Source of the DNA: Terrimicrobiaceae bacterium
GTDB taxonomy: Bacteria; Verrucomicrobiota; Verrucomicrobiia; Chthoniobacterales; Terrimicrobiaceae
Length of the DNA stretch: 64,000 nucleotides
Direction: 5' to 3'
NCBI GenBank assembly: GCA_041752695.1
Contig: JBGSVZ010000009.1
Location: forward strand, 1 to 64,000
Shown here: in pieces, positions 18,053 through 28,036 of the stretch
How the letters are laid out: each line of letters opens with the position of its first letter
Numbering within the stretch: position 1 is the stretch's first letter
The notes under the pieces: model-generated
The model's input: the letters and a program-made list of their open reading frames with translations, nothing else
Told to the model about the DNA's origin: nothing
The model's database searches: none
Program-made: the position numbers and the translations under genes

Positions 18053-21000
18053 CGGAGGCTGGTGGGTGGGAGTTGGGCCACAAGGGCGGCGACGGTTCGG
18101 GCGCGTTCGGGAAAAGGGGGGTTCACTTTGGCGAGATAGGTGAGCCCGGCTTCACGGGAGGGTGGAGGCAGCGGGCGGCCGGTGAGGCGGAGCGAGACGA
18201 AATCAAGGGCGCGGTGCTGTGCCTCTTCGGGCCATGGCGACTTGTCGGCAGGCAGAAGGCTCGGCGGGAGGAGCTTGCGCAGAGCTCCCCCGAGGGACGC
18301 GGTAAAGCGCCAGCGCTGGAGGAGCGCGTTGGAATCCGCGTAGGCGGCATCCGCCTCGGGGTAGCCATCGGGTGTCGCCCGATCAAAGAGCCCGGTGCCA
18401 CTCTTGCGCAGGAAGTCACGCACAGTGTTGGCGTTGCCGGAGCCCGTGAGGCGGCTCACCCGGAGACTAAAATCGAGCGGGGTGGCCACCTTCGGGGTGT
18501 TCATCGAGGCCCAGAATTCCTTGCTCTCGGCAATAGTCTGAAGCAGGACGGCCATGTCCCCCCCGGTGCGGAGAAATTGCGCGGTGAGTTTTTTCACCAG
18601 CGAATCGGGCGCAGGCAGGGAAACGTAATGAGCCGCGAGCTTGCGACTGATGAACTCCGCCGTGGCGGGATGGGCGGCGAGCATTTCGACGGCGGCAAGT
18701 GTGCGGTCCTGCCGGGCGGAGAGGTCCTCAATTTTGGCAAACTCCATTCCGAAAACCCGGCGCTCGGCGGGGGCATTGAGAATGGGATCGAACCGGAACG
18801 AACGCGCCATCTCGCGAGCCTCTCCCCGAGTGGGAGCTTCGTTCGTAAGCGTCCAGCCGGTGAGAACCGAGGCGAGAGAGGTCACGTCCTCCTGGCTGTA
18901 TCCGGCATTCACGCCGACGGTGTGGAGTTCCATGATCTCGCGGGCGTAGTTTTCATTCAGCTTGCGGGCGAAACTGCGGTTTTGATCGAGATAGACCAGC
19001 ATGGCAGGGCTGGTGGCAGAAGCTTGGAGCAAGCTCCCGAACGGCGCGGGGCCCATTTCGAGGAAACGCACGTGCTCGGGCCATTTGTTCAGAGGGTCGG
19101 CTTTTTCCATCCAGGTCGAAAAATGGTTTTCGGTCCAGAGAACAAACCGCGTCCGGACGGGATTCGGCGAACGCAGGAGGTGGGCAATGGCGCGCGGGAC
19201 GACCTGGCCTTTGTTGGACATTTCCGCGAACTCATTTTGGGCGCGCTGGAAAGCGGCCTGTTCGCCCGGGTCCGTCCAGGCCCGCGTGAGACGCTCACGC
19301 AGCCAGGGTTTTTCGCCCATGACCAGCAAGTCCGCCAGTTCGTCCGGCTCGGGACCGTACCCAAAGCGGTTGAGCAGGTGAATCGCGCGGGTGTAGCGTG
19401 AGTCGGCTCCTTCCTTGCCAATGCGCAGGACGATCCCAGCCGAGGTCGATTCCTGACCGTTCCGGGACCGCGTGCGGACTTGCAGGGTGTGCGCGCCAGG
19501 TTTGAGTCCCGTGGTGACAAACGGCAGCACCACTCGGCCGAGGCCGGAATCGTCGACGAGGCGGAGATTTTGTGGTTCGCCGTCGATCACGAGGTCGGTC
19601 CATTCGATGCCATCGGCGGAGAAAACCTCGGCGACGACGGCATTGGCGTCGTTCACCAAAAAGGGCGACTTTTTGGGATGGAGGACGGTCAGGCGGGGAG
19701 CCTCCGCGGAGGCGGGCAGATTTTCCTGGAGGCTGGCGGCACGAAGATACCAATTCCGGTCGCCTTTCTTTTCTTCGGCCGCATCGTTCCCAAAACGAAG
19801 GATGATTTTTTTCGAACCCGCGGTGAGCGCGGTGGAGCCGAATGTCCAGACGCGGTCGAGTTTCACCGCAGCTTCTCCGATTTTCTGGGGAGGATTTTCG
19901 CCCGCTTGCAGAAAGGCTTCGATGACGGGAGGGCCGTTGAACTCCTCGCCACGCGCCTCCATCTGAACCGTAAAATTCCCGGTGAGTTCGGCGGGTAGGG
20001 CCAGGACAGCGTCGCCATTGGTGTAAAATGCGGCGACAGGTTTTTCCTTGTCGAGGCGTTGGACCATGCCGGGATCCCAGGCGCGATCTTCCACCGTGAA
20101 ACGGTAAACGCGTGGTGCCGATCCGGCGGGAACATCGCCGGTAACGAAGACCGTTTCTGCGGGGCTGGTGGCGGTGAAACCATTCTCGGAACGCGCGCGG
20201 AGCTGCAGAGTATTCGGGCCTTTTTTCAACGCGGAGATCGCCAGGGTGAAGTTCACCTCCTTGCCCTGCTGGCTGGCCATCGGTTCCCCATTGACGATCA
20301 CTTCCACCGTAGGGACGGCGGATTTTGGCAACCGCCAGCATGTACCCCGCAGCGAGAGTGGCCCTTGCACGATCTGACCATGAAGGCGGCTGCTGAAAGA
20401 AACCCGCAACGGTGCCACGCCCGAGGGAGCGAGGGAGGATCCGCCCGCCATCATGGGCGCGGCCGTCATCATGCTGTCCCCGCCGCTCATCATCATCGTG
20501 GCGTCCGCCGTTTCGCCGACGGGTGCGGCATCGGTGGCAACGCGGACGAGTTCGTAGCGGTCGAGGTAAAGGTTCCGGTCACTTCCCTTGGCAGGAGCAA
20601 CGTCATTCAGGAACCTGGCGGTGATCGTTTGCTCGCCCGCTTCCAGACGCACAGGCGCGCCCACTGGAATGCGATGCCAGGCGGTGTCCACCAAACGGCT
20701 TCCCGATAGGGCAAAATCGCCCTCGTTGAGAATCACCCCGACCGACGGAAAGGAGCCCATCGCCGGGTCGCCCCGCACGCGCAAGGTGAGTTGGTAAAGT
20801 CCGGCCTTGTCGATGGTTTCCTTAAAACACCAGGCGGGATCCGGGCCGACACTCCGCACGTAAGACCGTCCGGAAGACTCTTCCGTGGCCACCAGAGGAA
20901 TTTTCTCTCCGAACCGTTCCGGCCGCGGGTCATTGATCCGTTCCGAACACGCGCCCGCGACCATGGCGGAAGGGTCAGGGCGAATCACGTTGACCAGCAC

Positions 21001-21627
21001 CGGTTCGCCCATCACCCGGCGGCCTTGCGCATCGGTGGCACTGGCTTGCAAGGTAAGCGGCCCGACCGGCAAATCGTCGGCATTGAGATCGAAGGCAAAA
21101 ATTCTCGCCGAACCTGCCGCGGTGAGCGTCTGAGCCCGGGGCGCGAGTTCCCGCCCGTCGGCGAGCAAGAGACGCGGCTCGGTGAGAGCCACACCCGGCG
21201 ACGGCAGATTGATTTCCACGCCGGCGGTAATGACACCGTAAAGGCAGGCTCCGGAGGGAGGGCTGATGATCTCCGGTTTCGGCAACAAGGCGGCGGCGCA
21301 AGAGTTGGGCAAAACCTCCAGGGAGAGTTTTTTTCCATCCACCTCCAGATGCGCTCGCCCCGCCCGCTTGCTCCGCACACGCAGAAACCCCGTGGTCTCG
21401 CCTTTCAGAACGGTGGCCGGCTGGAGAATTTCGCCGGCTTCGGGAGGAAAAAACTTCGTTGGCAAAACCCGCTTCTCTCCCGGAGCGGCGGAAACTCTGA
21501 TGGGAATGACCTGGGTTTCCTCGAGCCAGAGACGGGCCTCGGAGCTGAAAAACGTCGTTTCGGCAGGTTGGGTCGCCGCCAAAAGACCGGACAAAGGAAA
21601 AATCGCCAAAAGGCAGGCCCGGGACAT
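18049..21627 (-). CDS. Large secreted protein: Ig-like/CBM-like N-terminal modules plus C-terminal DUF1800 domain
   Basis: C-terminus has HLLNRFGYGP, W.ENHF, SPAML.YLD, NENYAREIMELHTVG, LTGWT, HPATA.FIS.KL. N-terminus has two F.ND....DRN.Y repeats. An alternative start is at 21678. Confidence 0.85.
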   Translation of the reverse strand: MSRACLLAIFPLSGLLAATQPAETTFFSSEARLWLEETQVIPIRVSAAPGEKRVLPTKFFPPEAGEILQPATVLKGETTGFLRVRSKRAGRAHLEVDGKKLSLEVLPNSCAAALLPKPEIISPPSGACLYGVITAGVEINLPSPGVALTEPRLLLADGRELAPRAQTLTAAGSARIFAFDLNADDLPVGPLTLQASATDAQGRRVMGEPVLVNVIRPDPSAMVAGACSERINDPRPERFGEKIPLVATEESSGRSYVRSVGPDPAWCFKETIDKAGLYQLTLRVRGDPAMGSFPSVGVILNEGDFALSGSRLVDTAWHRIPVGAPVRLEAGEQTITARFLNDVAPAKGSDRNLYLDRYELVRVATDAAPVGETADATMMMSGGDSMMTAAPMMAGGSSLAPSGVAPLRVSFSSRLHGQIVQGPLSLRGTCWRLPKSAVPTVEVIVNGEPMASQQGKEVNFTLAISALKKGPNTLQLRARSENGFTATSPAETVFVTGDVPAGSAPRVYRFTVEDRAWDPGMVQRLDKEKPVAAFYTNGDAVLALPAELTGNFTVQMEARGEEFNGPPVIEAFLQAGENPPQKIGEAAVKLDRVWTFGSTALTAGSKKIILRFGNDAAEEKKGDRNWYLRAASLQENLPASAEAPRLTVLHPKKSPFLVNDANAVVAEVFSADGIEWTDLVIDGEPQNLRLVDDSGLGRVVLPFVTTGLKPGAHTLQVRTRSRNGQESTSAGIVLRIGKEGADSRYTRAIHLLNRFGYGPEPDELADLLVMGEKPWLRERLTRAWTDPGEQAAFQRAQNEFAEMSNKGQVVPRAIAHLLRSPNPVRTRFVLWTENHFSTWMEKADPLNKWPEHVRFLEMGPAPFGSLLQASATSPAMLVYLDQNRSFARKLNENYAREIMELHTVGVNAGYSQEDVTSLASVLTGWTLTNEAPTRGEAREMARSFRFDPILNAPAERRVFGMEFAKIEDLSARQDRTLAAVEMLAAHPATAEFISRKLAAHYVSLPAPDSLVKKLTAQFLRTGGDMAVLLQTIAESKEFWASMNTPKVATPLDFSLRVSRLTGSGNANTVRDFLRKSGTGLFDRATPDGYPEADAAYADSNALLQRWRFTASLGGALRKLLPPSLLPADKSPWPEEAQHRALDFVSLRLTGRPLPPPSREAGLTYLAKVNPPFPERARTVAALVAQLPPTSLR

Positions 21628-21770
21628 GATGCCGCCGCGGTGCCAAAAGAGGGCCGGGGGACGGCGGGGGAAAGTCACATATACCTCCAGCGGTCAGCGT
21701 AATACACGCCGTCCGGGAGTCAAAGAATTTGGCGGGCTGAAGAGGCAGGCCGGATGCCCGCGCCCCTGTT

Positions 21771-24395
21771 CTAACCCAAAGCGTCGCGAGCGCTTTTCAG
21801 GGCTTCCAGGCGATTTTCCCAATCGGCCTGGCGCTGGCGGTGTTCCGCCACGACCTCGGCCGGGGCATTTTGCACGAAGGTATCGCTGCCGAGTTTCCGC
21901 TGCACTTTTTCGATCTCCGCGCGCACTTTGCCGATTTCCCCGGCGAGACGCGTGCCTTCCGTCTCAGGATCGACCACCCCTTCGAGGGGCAGGAAAAAGA
22001 CGCCGATTTCGGTCGGACACGATGCCATGGCACCTTCGGGACGCGCCTCAACAAACTCCATGGTCTCGGCGTGCAGGAGCACATGCAGCGCGGCCTGCTC
22101 GTCCTTCACCCACTCGGCCGACGGCTGAAAAACCCAGCGCAGACGTTTGTTGGATGGCAGATTAAACGTGGCGCGCAGCGTGCGTGCTGCCGTGACAGCC
22201 CGGAAAATGGTATCGGCCTTGGGTTCTGGCGCGGCTCCACCGGCAGCCGGCCAGGGAGCGTATTGGATGCTACCCTCGCCGAAACCCAGCCCGTGCCAGA
22301 GTTCTTCGGTGATGAACGGCGCGTAGGGGTGCAAAAGCAGGAGCACGCGATTGAGCACATAGTCCATCGCGGCCAGCGTTCCCTCGCGTCGTGCGGGGTT
22401 GGTAAAATCCGACTTCGCCGCTTCAATAAAACGGTCGCAGAAATCACCCCAGACAAAATCGTAGAGCGCCTGCGCAACTTCGCTGAAACGATATTCCGCA
22501 TACGCCGCATCGATCCGCGTGATGGTGGCATCCAGTTTGGCCAGAAGATCCTGCGCAAAAATCGAGAGCGCATGTTTCGTCGGATCCGCGTTCGGATCGA
22601 CCTCGCCCTGCATGAGACGGAAGCGGCAGGAGTTCCAGAATTTGTTGCAGAAATTCCGGCCTTCCACGATCTGCTGTTCGTCGAACTTGATGTCCTGCCC
22701 CTGCGGCGCAATGCGCATGAGGCCGAAACGCAATCCATCCGCGCCGTATTTCGCAATGATGTCGAGCGGGTCGGGCGAGTTGCCGAGCGACTTGGACATT
22801 TTTTTGCCGCCCTTGTCGCGGATGATGCCGGTGTAATAGACATCCCGGAAAGGCACCTCGCCGGTGTATTCCAGTCCGGCCATGATCATGCGGGCGACCC
22901 AGAAAAAGATGATGTCCGGACCCGTGACGAGCGCGCTGGTTGGGTAGAATTTTTTCCGCGTGGCATCGTCCATCGTGTCGTGCGCCCAGAGCCAGGAGGA
23001 AAACCAGGTGTCGAGCACGTCGGGATCCTGCACCCAGCCTTCGCCGGGCGATTCGATCTGACACGCGGTAGGGCGCGTTGCCCCCAACGCGCCGTTGAAG
23101 GAGGACGAGAGACCGTCCTCCCTCCCGTACCACACGGGAATCCGATGCCCCCACCAGAGCTGGCGCGAGATGCACCAATCCTGAATATTTTCCAGCCAGT
23201 GGTCGTACACTTTCTCCCAGCGCTCGGGGAAAAACTTGATCAGCCCCTTGCGCACCGCGTCACGGGCCTCGGTAGTCTTGGGGTATTTGAGGAACCATTG
23301 TTCGCTCAGGCGCGACTCAATCGGCACGCCGGCGCGCTCGCTGAAACCCACGTTGTTCTCATAGGGTTTTTCCTCCACGAGGAGTTCCATCTGGCGAAGT
23401 TTTTCCACCGCTTCCTTGCGGGCTTCAAAGCGGTCCAACCCCACAAAATCTGCCCCCGCCAGGCCGTTGAGCGTGGCGTCGGGATTCATGATGTCGATCA
23501 CCGGGAGATTGTGACGCTGACCGATCTCGTAGTCGGCCTTGTCGTGCGCGGGGGTCACCTTGAGCACCCCGGTCCCAAACTCAAAATCCACCGCCTCGTC
23601 GCCAATGATGGGCAGCGACGCCTGGTCTTCGACGGGTAGCGGACGGCGGACATGCTTGCCAATGAGGTGCGCGTAACGCGGATCCTTCGGGTTCACCGCC
23701 ACGGCCGTGTCGCCCATGATGGTCTCAGGCCGCGTGGTGGCGATTTCCAGGAACGTCCCGGGTTCTTCCATCACCTCAACCTTGAAATGATAGAGATAGC
23801 TTTTCTGCGGCGTCGGAATGACCTCCTCGTCGCTCAGGGCGGTGAGGGACACCGGGCACCAGTTCACCATGCGTTTCCCGCGGTAGATGAGGCCCTTGTT
23901 GTAGAGATCGACAAACACCTCCTGCACCTTGCGCGCATAGCCTTCGTCCATCGTGAAACGCTCCCGCTCCCAGTCGCAAGAACACCCCAGCTTTTTCAGC
24001 TGCGTGATGATGATGCCGCCGTATTTTTCCTTCCAATCCCAGATCCGCCTGAGCAGTTCCTCACGCCCCAGGTCGTCGCGATGTTTCATCACCCCTTCCT
24101 TGCGCAGCATCTTCTCCACCACATTCTGCGTGGCGATGCCGGCGTGGTCCGTCCCCGGAAGCCAGAGCACTTCGTGCCCCGTCATGCGCGCGCGGCGGGC
24201 AAGAATGTCCTGGATCGTGTTGTTCAGCACATGGCCGAGGGTGAGGACGCCGGTGACATTCGGCGGCGGGATCACGATGGAGTAGCCGGGTTTGGGCGAA
24301 GCAGGATCGGCGTGAAAACACCCCTGCTCCAGCCACCAGGCATACCATTTATCTTCGACGGATTGCGGCTCGTAGGCTTTGGCGAGTTCGGACAT
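21771..24395 (-). CDS. valS: Valine--tRNA ligase
   Basis: PPPNVTG.L.LGH, GTDHAGIATQ, TTRPET, DWCISRQLWWGH, KMSKS, C-terminal coiled coil. Confidence 0.98.
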   Translation of the reverse strand: MSELAKAYEPQSVEDKWYAWWLEQGCFHADPASPKPGYSIVIPPPNVTGVLTLGHVLNNTIQDILARRARMTGHEVLWLPGTDHAGIATQNVVEKMLRKEGVMKHRDDLGREELLRRIWDWKEKYGGIIITQLKKLGCSCDWERERFTMDEGYARKVQEVFVDLYNKGLIYRGKRMVNWCPVSLTALSDEEVIPTPQKSYLYHFKVEVMEEPGTFLEIATTRPETIMGDTAVAVNPKDPRYAHLIGKHVRRPLPVEDQASLPIIGDEAVDFEFGTGVLKVTPAHDKADYEIGQRHNLPVIDIMNPDATLNGLAGADFVGLDRFEARKEAVEKLRQMELLVEEKPYENNVGFSERAGVPIESRLSEQWFLKYPKTTEARDAVRKGLIKFFPERWEKVYDHWLENIQDWCISRQLWWGHRIPVWYGREDGLSSSFNGALGATRPTACQIESPGEGWVQDPDVLDTWFSSWLWAHDTMDDATRKKFYPTSALVTGPDIIFFWVARMIMAGLEYTGEVPFRDVYYTGIIRDKGGKKMSKSLGNSPDPLDIIAKYGADGLRFGLMRIAPQGQDIKFDEQQIVEGRNFCNKFWNSCRFRLMQGEVDPNADPTKHALSIFAQDLLAKLDATITRIDAAYAEYRFSEVAQALYDFVWGDFCDRFIEAAKSDFTNPARREGTLAAMDYVLNRVLLLLHPYAPFITEELWHGLGFGEGSIQYAPWPAAGGAAPEPKADTIFRAVTAARTLRATFNLPSNKRLRWVFQPSAEWVKDEQAALHVLLHAETMEFVEARPEGAMASCPTEIGVFFLPLEGVVDPETEGTRLAGEIGKVRAEIEKVQRKLGSDTFVQNAPAEVVAEHRQRQADWENRLEALKSARDALG
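23068..23093 (+). repeat. GTAG-type REP hairpin inside valS
   Basis: GTAG-GGCGCGTTG-CCCC-CAACGCGCC, a perfect 9-bp stem. Confidence 0.7.
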
Positions 24396-24449
24396 GGCGA
24401 GCGGGAGATAGTGGACGACACCCCAACCAAGCGCAAGCGCGCGAAAAAC

Positions 24450-24806
24450 TCAGCGCGGGCCGTGCAGCTTTTCGCGAATGGCTTCCAGCTCCAGCACGGC
24501 ATGCAGGTCGCGGGGACGGCCCATGGCGCGTTTGGCGGTGATCAAGGCGTCGATGACGAGTTGAAGAACCTCCGGAGGCTCGATGGAGCGCCGCCCACAT
24601 TCGTTCACAAACTCCGAAGCCAATTTCTCGGCCTCATCCAAAACGCGATCGTTCTGCTCCAACCGCTGCACAGGGGTGAGCCGGAGGTTATTCTCAAACC
24701 GGGTAACGTCGATGCCGTAGGCCTCGGCGCGCTCAACAGCGGTCATTCCATCATCGGTGCGCCAGAAGCGCTCCAGTTTGGGCGGCAGCGTTTGACTCAC
24801 GTCCAC
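24450..24806 (-). CDS. Hypothetical protein; probable deletion-fusion of a small antitoxin-like gene and a nucleotidyltransferase C-terminus
   Basis: N-half GIDVT..ENNLRLTP.QRL; C-half IDALI.AKRAMGRPRDL.AV.EL; no nucleotidyltransferase catalytic core. Confidence 0.55.
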   Translation of the reverse strand: MDVSQTLPPKLERFWRTDDGMTAVERAEAYGIDVTRFENNLRLTPVQRLEQNDRVLDEAEKLASEFVNECGRRSIEPPEVLQLVIDALITAKRAMGRPRDLHAVLELEAIREKLHGPR

Positions 24807-24887
24807 CTTGGCAGCATACGGCGAAACTGGATGAGGCCAAGCCTGCCGGAGTCAGTCTCTGTGGAGGGCGCAGGACAAGATTCTGAG

Positions 24888-25077
24888 AGCGCTGTAGGCG
24901 CATGATCCAATAGCCCAGGGCAGCGCCCTGGGATTCGGATCGTTGCAACGGCAAGGGCTGAAAGCCCGTGATATATGCTCGTATATCGTGCAATTCCGGG
25001 CCTTCAGCCCTATTCCCTTTGTGGATCAAGTTCCCAGGGCGTTGCCCTGGGCTGTGGAAGGACGCACCCTTGGCGCT
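24888..25077. repeat. Nested-palindrome REP/MITE-like element
   Basis: AGCCCAGGGCAGCGCCCTGGGA (24912-33) pairs with TCCCAGGGCGTTGCCCTGGGCT (25032-53); AGGGCTGAAAGCCCG (24954-68) pairs with CGGGCCTTCAGCCCT (24997-25011). Confidence 0.85.
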
Positions 25078-25208
25078 GGAAGAAATTTGTCCTGCACCCC
25101 TGTGGATTCTCACCGATCCCAGCAATATCCCAGCCATGCGAACGAGAATAAGAACGTCTGAGCGGCCGCCTTGACCCCATATTGTGAATCGCCTAGAGTT
25201 CACAATCT

Positions 25209-25439
25209 ATGAAGACCTGCACTGTCCGCGACCTCCGCACGGAATTCCCCCGCATCGAAAGCTGGGTGGCGGCCGGAGAAAGCGTGTCCATTACAAAACA
25301 CGGACGCCCCGTCGCTACGCTGGTGGCCCCTCAGGTCGGGAAACGTCCAAACTTCGCGGTTCGCTTCGGCGGCAAGGCACCCGCCCCCCGTGCGGGCGTT
25401 GACATGGCGTCGTTGCTCGCCGACGACCGGGGAGAGTAG
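25209..25439 (+). CDS. Phd/YefM-family antitoxin
   Basis: MKT.TVRDLR..F......V.AGE.V.ITKHGRPVA.LV. Confidence 0.88.
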   Translation: MKTCTVRDLRTEFPRIESWVAAGESVSITKHGRPVATLVAPQVGKRPNFAVRFGGKAPAPRAGVDMASLLADDRGE

Positions 25440-25889
25440 ATGAGGGCGTATTGCGACACATCGTTTCTGCTCTCGCTGGCGGTTGAGCCGGACATCCATC
25501 ACGCCGCCGCTCGAAAAGTGGCCTCGCGGTTCACCGAACCCATTCCCCTGACACTCTTGTGTGAGTCCGAAATGCTGCATGGATTGCGGAGAGCCATGGC
25601 GCAGAAAATCCTGACATCAGCTGAACACGGCGCTATTTTCCGTCAGTTCAAAGACGACGTTGCCGAGGGAATTTTTGACCGTCCGTCTCTCGACGAGAGC
25701 GTCAACCATCTGAAAGGCAGAGAGCTCTCCAAGCGTTATACACCGGAAATGCCAGGGTTGCGGTGGGCAGACATTTTTCACGTCGCATCAGCCCGCCTCC
25801 TAGAGGTCGAACATTTCGCCTCGTTCGACACCCGCCAGCGCGCACTTGCCAATGCCGAGGGCATGCAACTCCACCCCGCCAAGCTGTAA
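25440..25889 (+). CDS. vapC: VapC-family PIN domain toxin
   Basis: AYCDTSFL, E.E, R..DI.HVASA, F.SFD.RQ..LA..EG; abuts the antitoxin gene. Confidence 0.88.
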   Translation: MRAYCDTSFLLSLAVEPDIHHAAARKVASRFTEPIPLTLLCESEMLHGLRRAMAQKILTSAEHGAIFRQFKDDVAEGIFDRPSLDESVNHLKGRELSKRYTPEMPGLRWADIFHVASARLLEVEHFASFDTRQRALANAEGMQLHPAKL

Positions 25890-26016
25890 ACGGATAAAGG
25901 TCGCGCTTTTCCGCAGGGAATTCCCGGTGGCCTCGAATAGCACGACCAGTTGCATGACGTTTCCGGCGCAATTTCCTCTTGCAGCATCGAAAAACCGCCA
26001 CCAACTTCCTCGCGCC

Positions 26017-27132
26017 GTGCGTTTTGCCCTGACGATTGCCCTATTTTTCACCTGGACGTCCCTGTCCTGGGGAGAGTGGAACATTGTGAAGCGGGAGAAT
26101 CGTCAATACGTCACGATCAATGACGTGGCGACGTTCTACAAAATGCGGCAGACCGTCTCGGATGGAAACACCTTCCGGCTCGCGGCGGCGGGGAACAGCA
26201 TTCAGGGAAGCAAATCCGGCCGGGATATTCTGATCAACGGGGTGAAATACGTACTCTGTTTTCCCATCATCAGCGACGCCTCGGGCACGCTCATTTCGAC
26301 GATGGATGTCGTCAAGATCATTGAACCCATCCTCCGCCCGCAGAAAATCAAAAACGCCACGGCGGTCCGCACCGTGGTTCTCGACGCCGGCCATGGCGGC
26401 CACGACAGCGGGGCGCGTGGTCCGCTTGGGGCCGAGAAGGACGCCGCTTTGGATGTCGTCCTCCGGGCCAAGAAGTTGCTCGAACAGCATGGCTATATTG
26501 TCCGTTGCACCCGCACGACCGACACCTTCATTCCCCTCGAACAGCGCGCCGCATTCGCCAACCGCCACACCAACGCGATTTTCGTCTCCGTGCATTTCAA
26601 CAAAAGCAGCACGGGAGGAGGCACCGGCCTCGAAACCTACTGCCTCGCGCCGCGCGGAGTTCCTTCGATGGATGAAGAGAACCTGCGCTACAGCGATTTT
26701 GTCCAATACAAGGGCCACGCGCGGGATGCGGAAAACACCGCCCTTGCCACCACCATCCACGCGTCCCTGGTGCGCAACCTCGGCCTCACCGACCGCGGCA
26801 TCAAACGCGCCCGCTTCGTTGTGATCAAAAACATCGCCGTTCCCGGCATCCTCGTCGAAGGCGGCTTCATGAGCGGCGCGCCGGATTACCAGTTGATTGC
26901 CACCGCAGACTACCGCCAGAAAATGGCGCAGAGCATCGTGGAGGGCGTGAATCGCTACAAACAAGCTGTCACCGGGGAGATGCAATACAAACGCCCCTCC
27001 GCGGTGGTGAGCGCGGCGGACCCGACCACGGTTCCGAGCCTGACCAAGGCCGTTCCCGGAGCCAGCACCGACGACAAAGCCTCTGTCGCCCAAGCCCGCG
27101 ACGCGCTGGAGACCTCTTCGGCGGGCAATTGA
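26017..27132 (+). CDS. N-acetylmuramoyl-L-alanine amidase
   Basis: VVLDAGHGGHD.GA, EK, FVSVHFN, ILVEGGF. Start may be GTG 26017 or ATG 25954. Confidence 0.92.
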   Translation: MRFALTIALFFTWTSLSWGEWNIVKRENRQYVTINDVATFYKMRQTVSDGNTFRLAAAGNSIQGSKSGRDILINGVKYVLCFPIISDASGTLISTMDVVKIIEPILRPQKIKNATAVRTVVLDAGHGGHDSGARGPLGAEKDAALDVVLRAKKLLEQHGYIVRCTRTTDTFIPLEQRAAFANRHTNAIFVSVHFNKSSTGGGTGLETYCLAPRGVPSMDEENLRYSDFVQYKGHARDAENTALATTIHASLVRNLGLTDRGIKRARFVVIKNIAVPGILVEGGFMSGAPDYQLIATADYRQKMAQSIVEGVNRYKQAVTGEMQYKRPSAVVSAADPTTVPSLTKAVPGASTDDKASVAQARDALETSSAGN

Positions 27133-27216
27133 CCGCCGGCGGCTGAGGGAAAGTGCACAGGAAATGGGAAAGGGGCTTGCCCGCGTCCCCTTTCACTTTC
27201 ACTCTCACTTTCCACT

Positions 27217-28035
27217 GTGGAAACCGACCCGCACCTTGATCCCATTGGCGTCTTCGATTCCGGAATCGGCGGGCTGACCGTGGCCGCCGCCCTCCAAGAC
27301 CTTCTGCCCTCCGAGACGATTTTTTACATCGGGGACACCGCGCGGGTGCCCTACGGAGGCAAGAGCCGCAAAACAGTCGAGCGCTACAGCATTGAAATTG
27401 GCGGACTCCTCCTCGCGGAACAGGCCAAGGTCATCGTGGTGGCCTGCAACACGGCCTCCGCCCTGGCCGTGCCGCGGATGAAGGAACTTTTCAAAGTCCC
27501 CGTTCAAGGCGTGGTCGCCCCCGGTGCCGAAGCCGCGGTCCGCGCCACCAAAAATGGCCGTATCGGCGTCATCGGGACGCGCGCCACCATCGCGAGCGGG
27601 GCGTATGAACATGCCATCCACGCGATCGATCCCAAGCTTCACGTCTTCAGCGCGCCCTGTCCGTTGCTGGTTCCTCTCCTCGAAGAAGGCCTTTTCCACG
27701 ATCCCATCACCGATCAGGTGATTGCCCGCTACCTTGCCCCCCTTCTCGCCAACGACATCGATACCCTCGTTCTCGGCTGCACCCACTATCCGCTCGCCCG
27801 GGAAGCCATCGGACGCGGCGCGGGAGACAAAATCACCCTGGTGGACTCCGCCGAAAATTGCGCCCTGGCGGTGAAACACCTCCTCGAAGCCCATTCCCTC
27901 GCCGCCCCCCGCGACCGCCTCGGCAAACTCGACGTGGCCCTCACCGATTCCACGGAAGGTTTCCTCCGCACCGCCGAAAAAGCCCTCGACCTGCAAATCG
28001 GCGACGTGGAACTGCGGACTGTCCAGAGCGAGTAA
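27217..28035 (+). CDS. murI: Glutamate racemase
   Basis: IGVFDSGIGGLTV, GDTARVPYG, VVACNTAS, LVLGCTHYP. Confidence 0.96.
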   Translation: METDPHLDPIGVFDSGIGGLTVAAALQDLLPSETIFYIGDTARVPYGGKSRKTVERYSIEIGGLLLAEQAKVIVVACNTASALAVPRMKELFKVPVQGVVAPGAEAAVRATKNGRIGVIGTRATIASGAYEHAIHAIDPKLHVFSAPCPLLVPLLEEGLFHDPITDQVIARYLAPLLANDIDTLVLGCTHYPLAREAIGRGAGDKITLVDSAENCALAVKHLLEAHSLAAPRDRLGKLDVALTDSTEGFLRTAEKALDLQIGDVELRTVQSE

Positions 28036-28036
28036 G

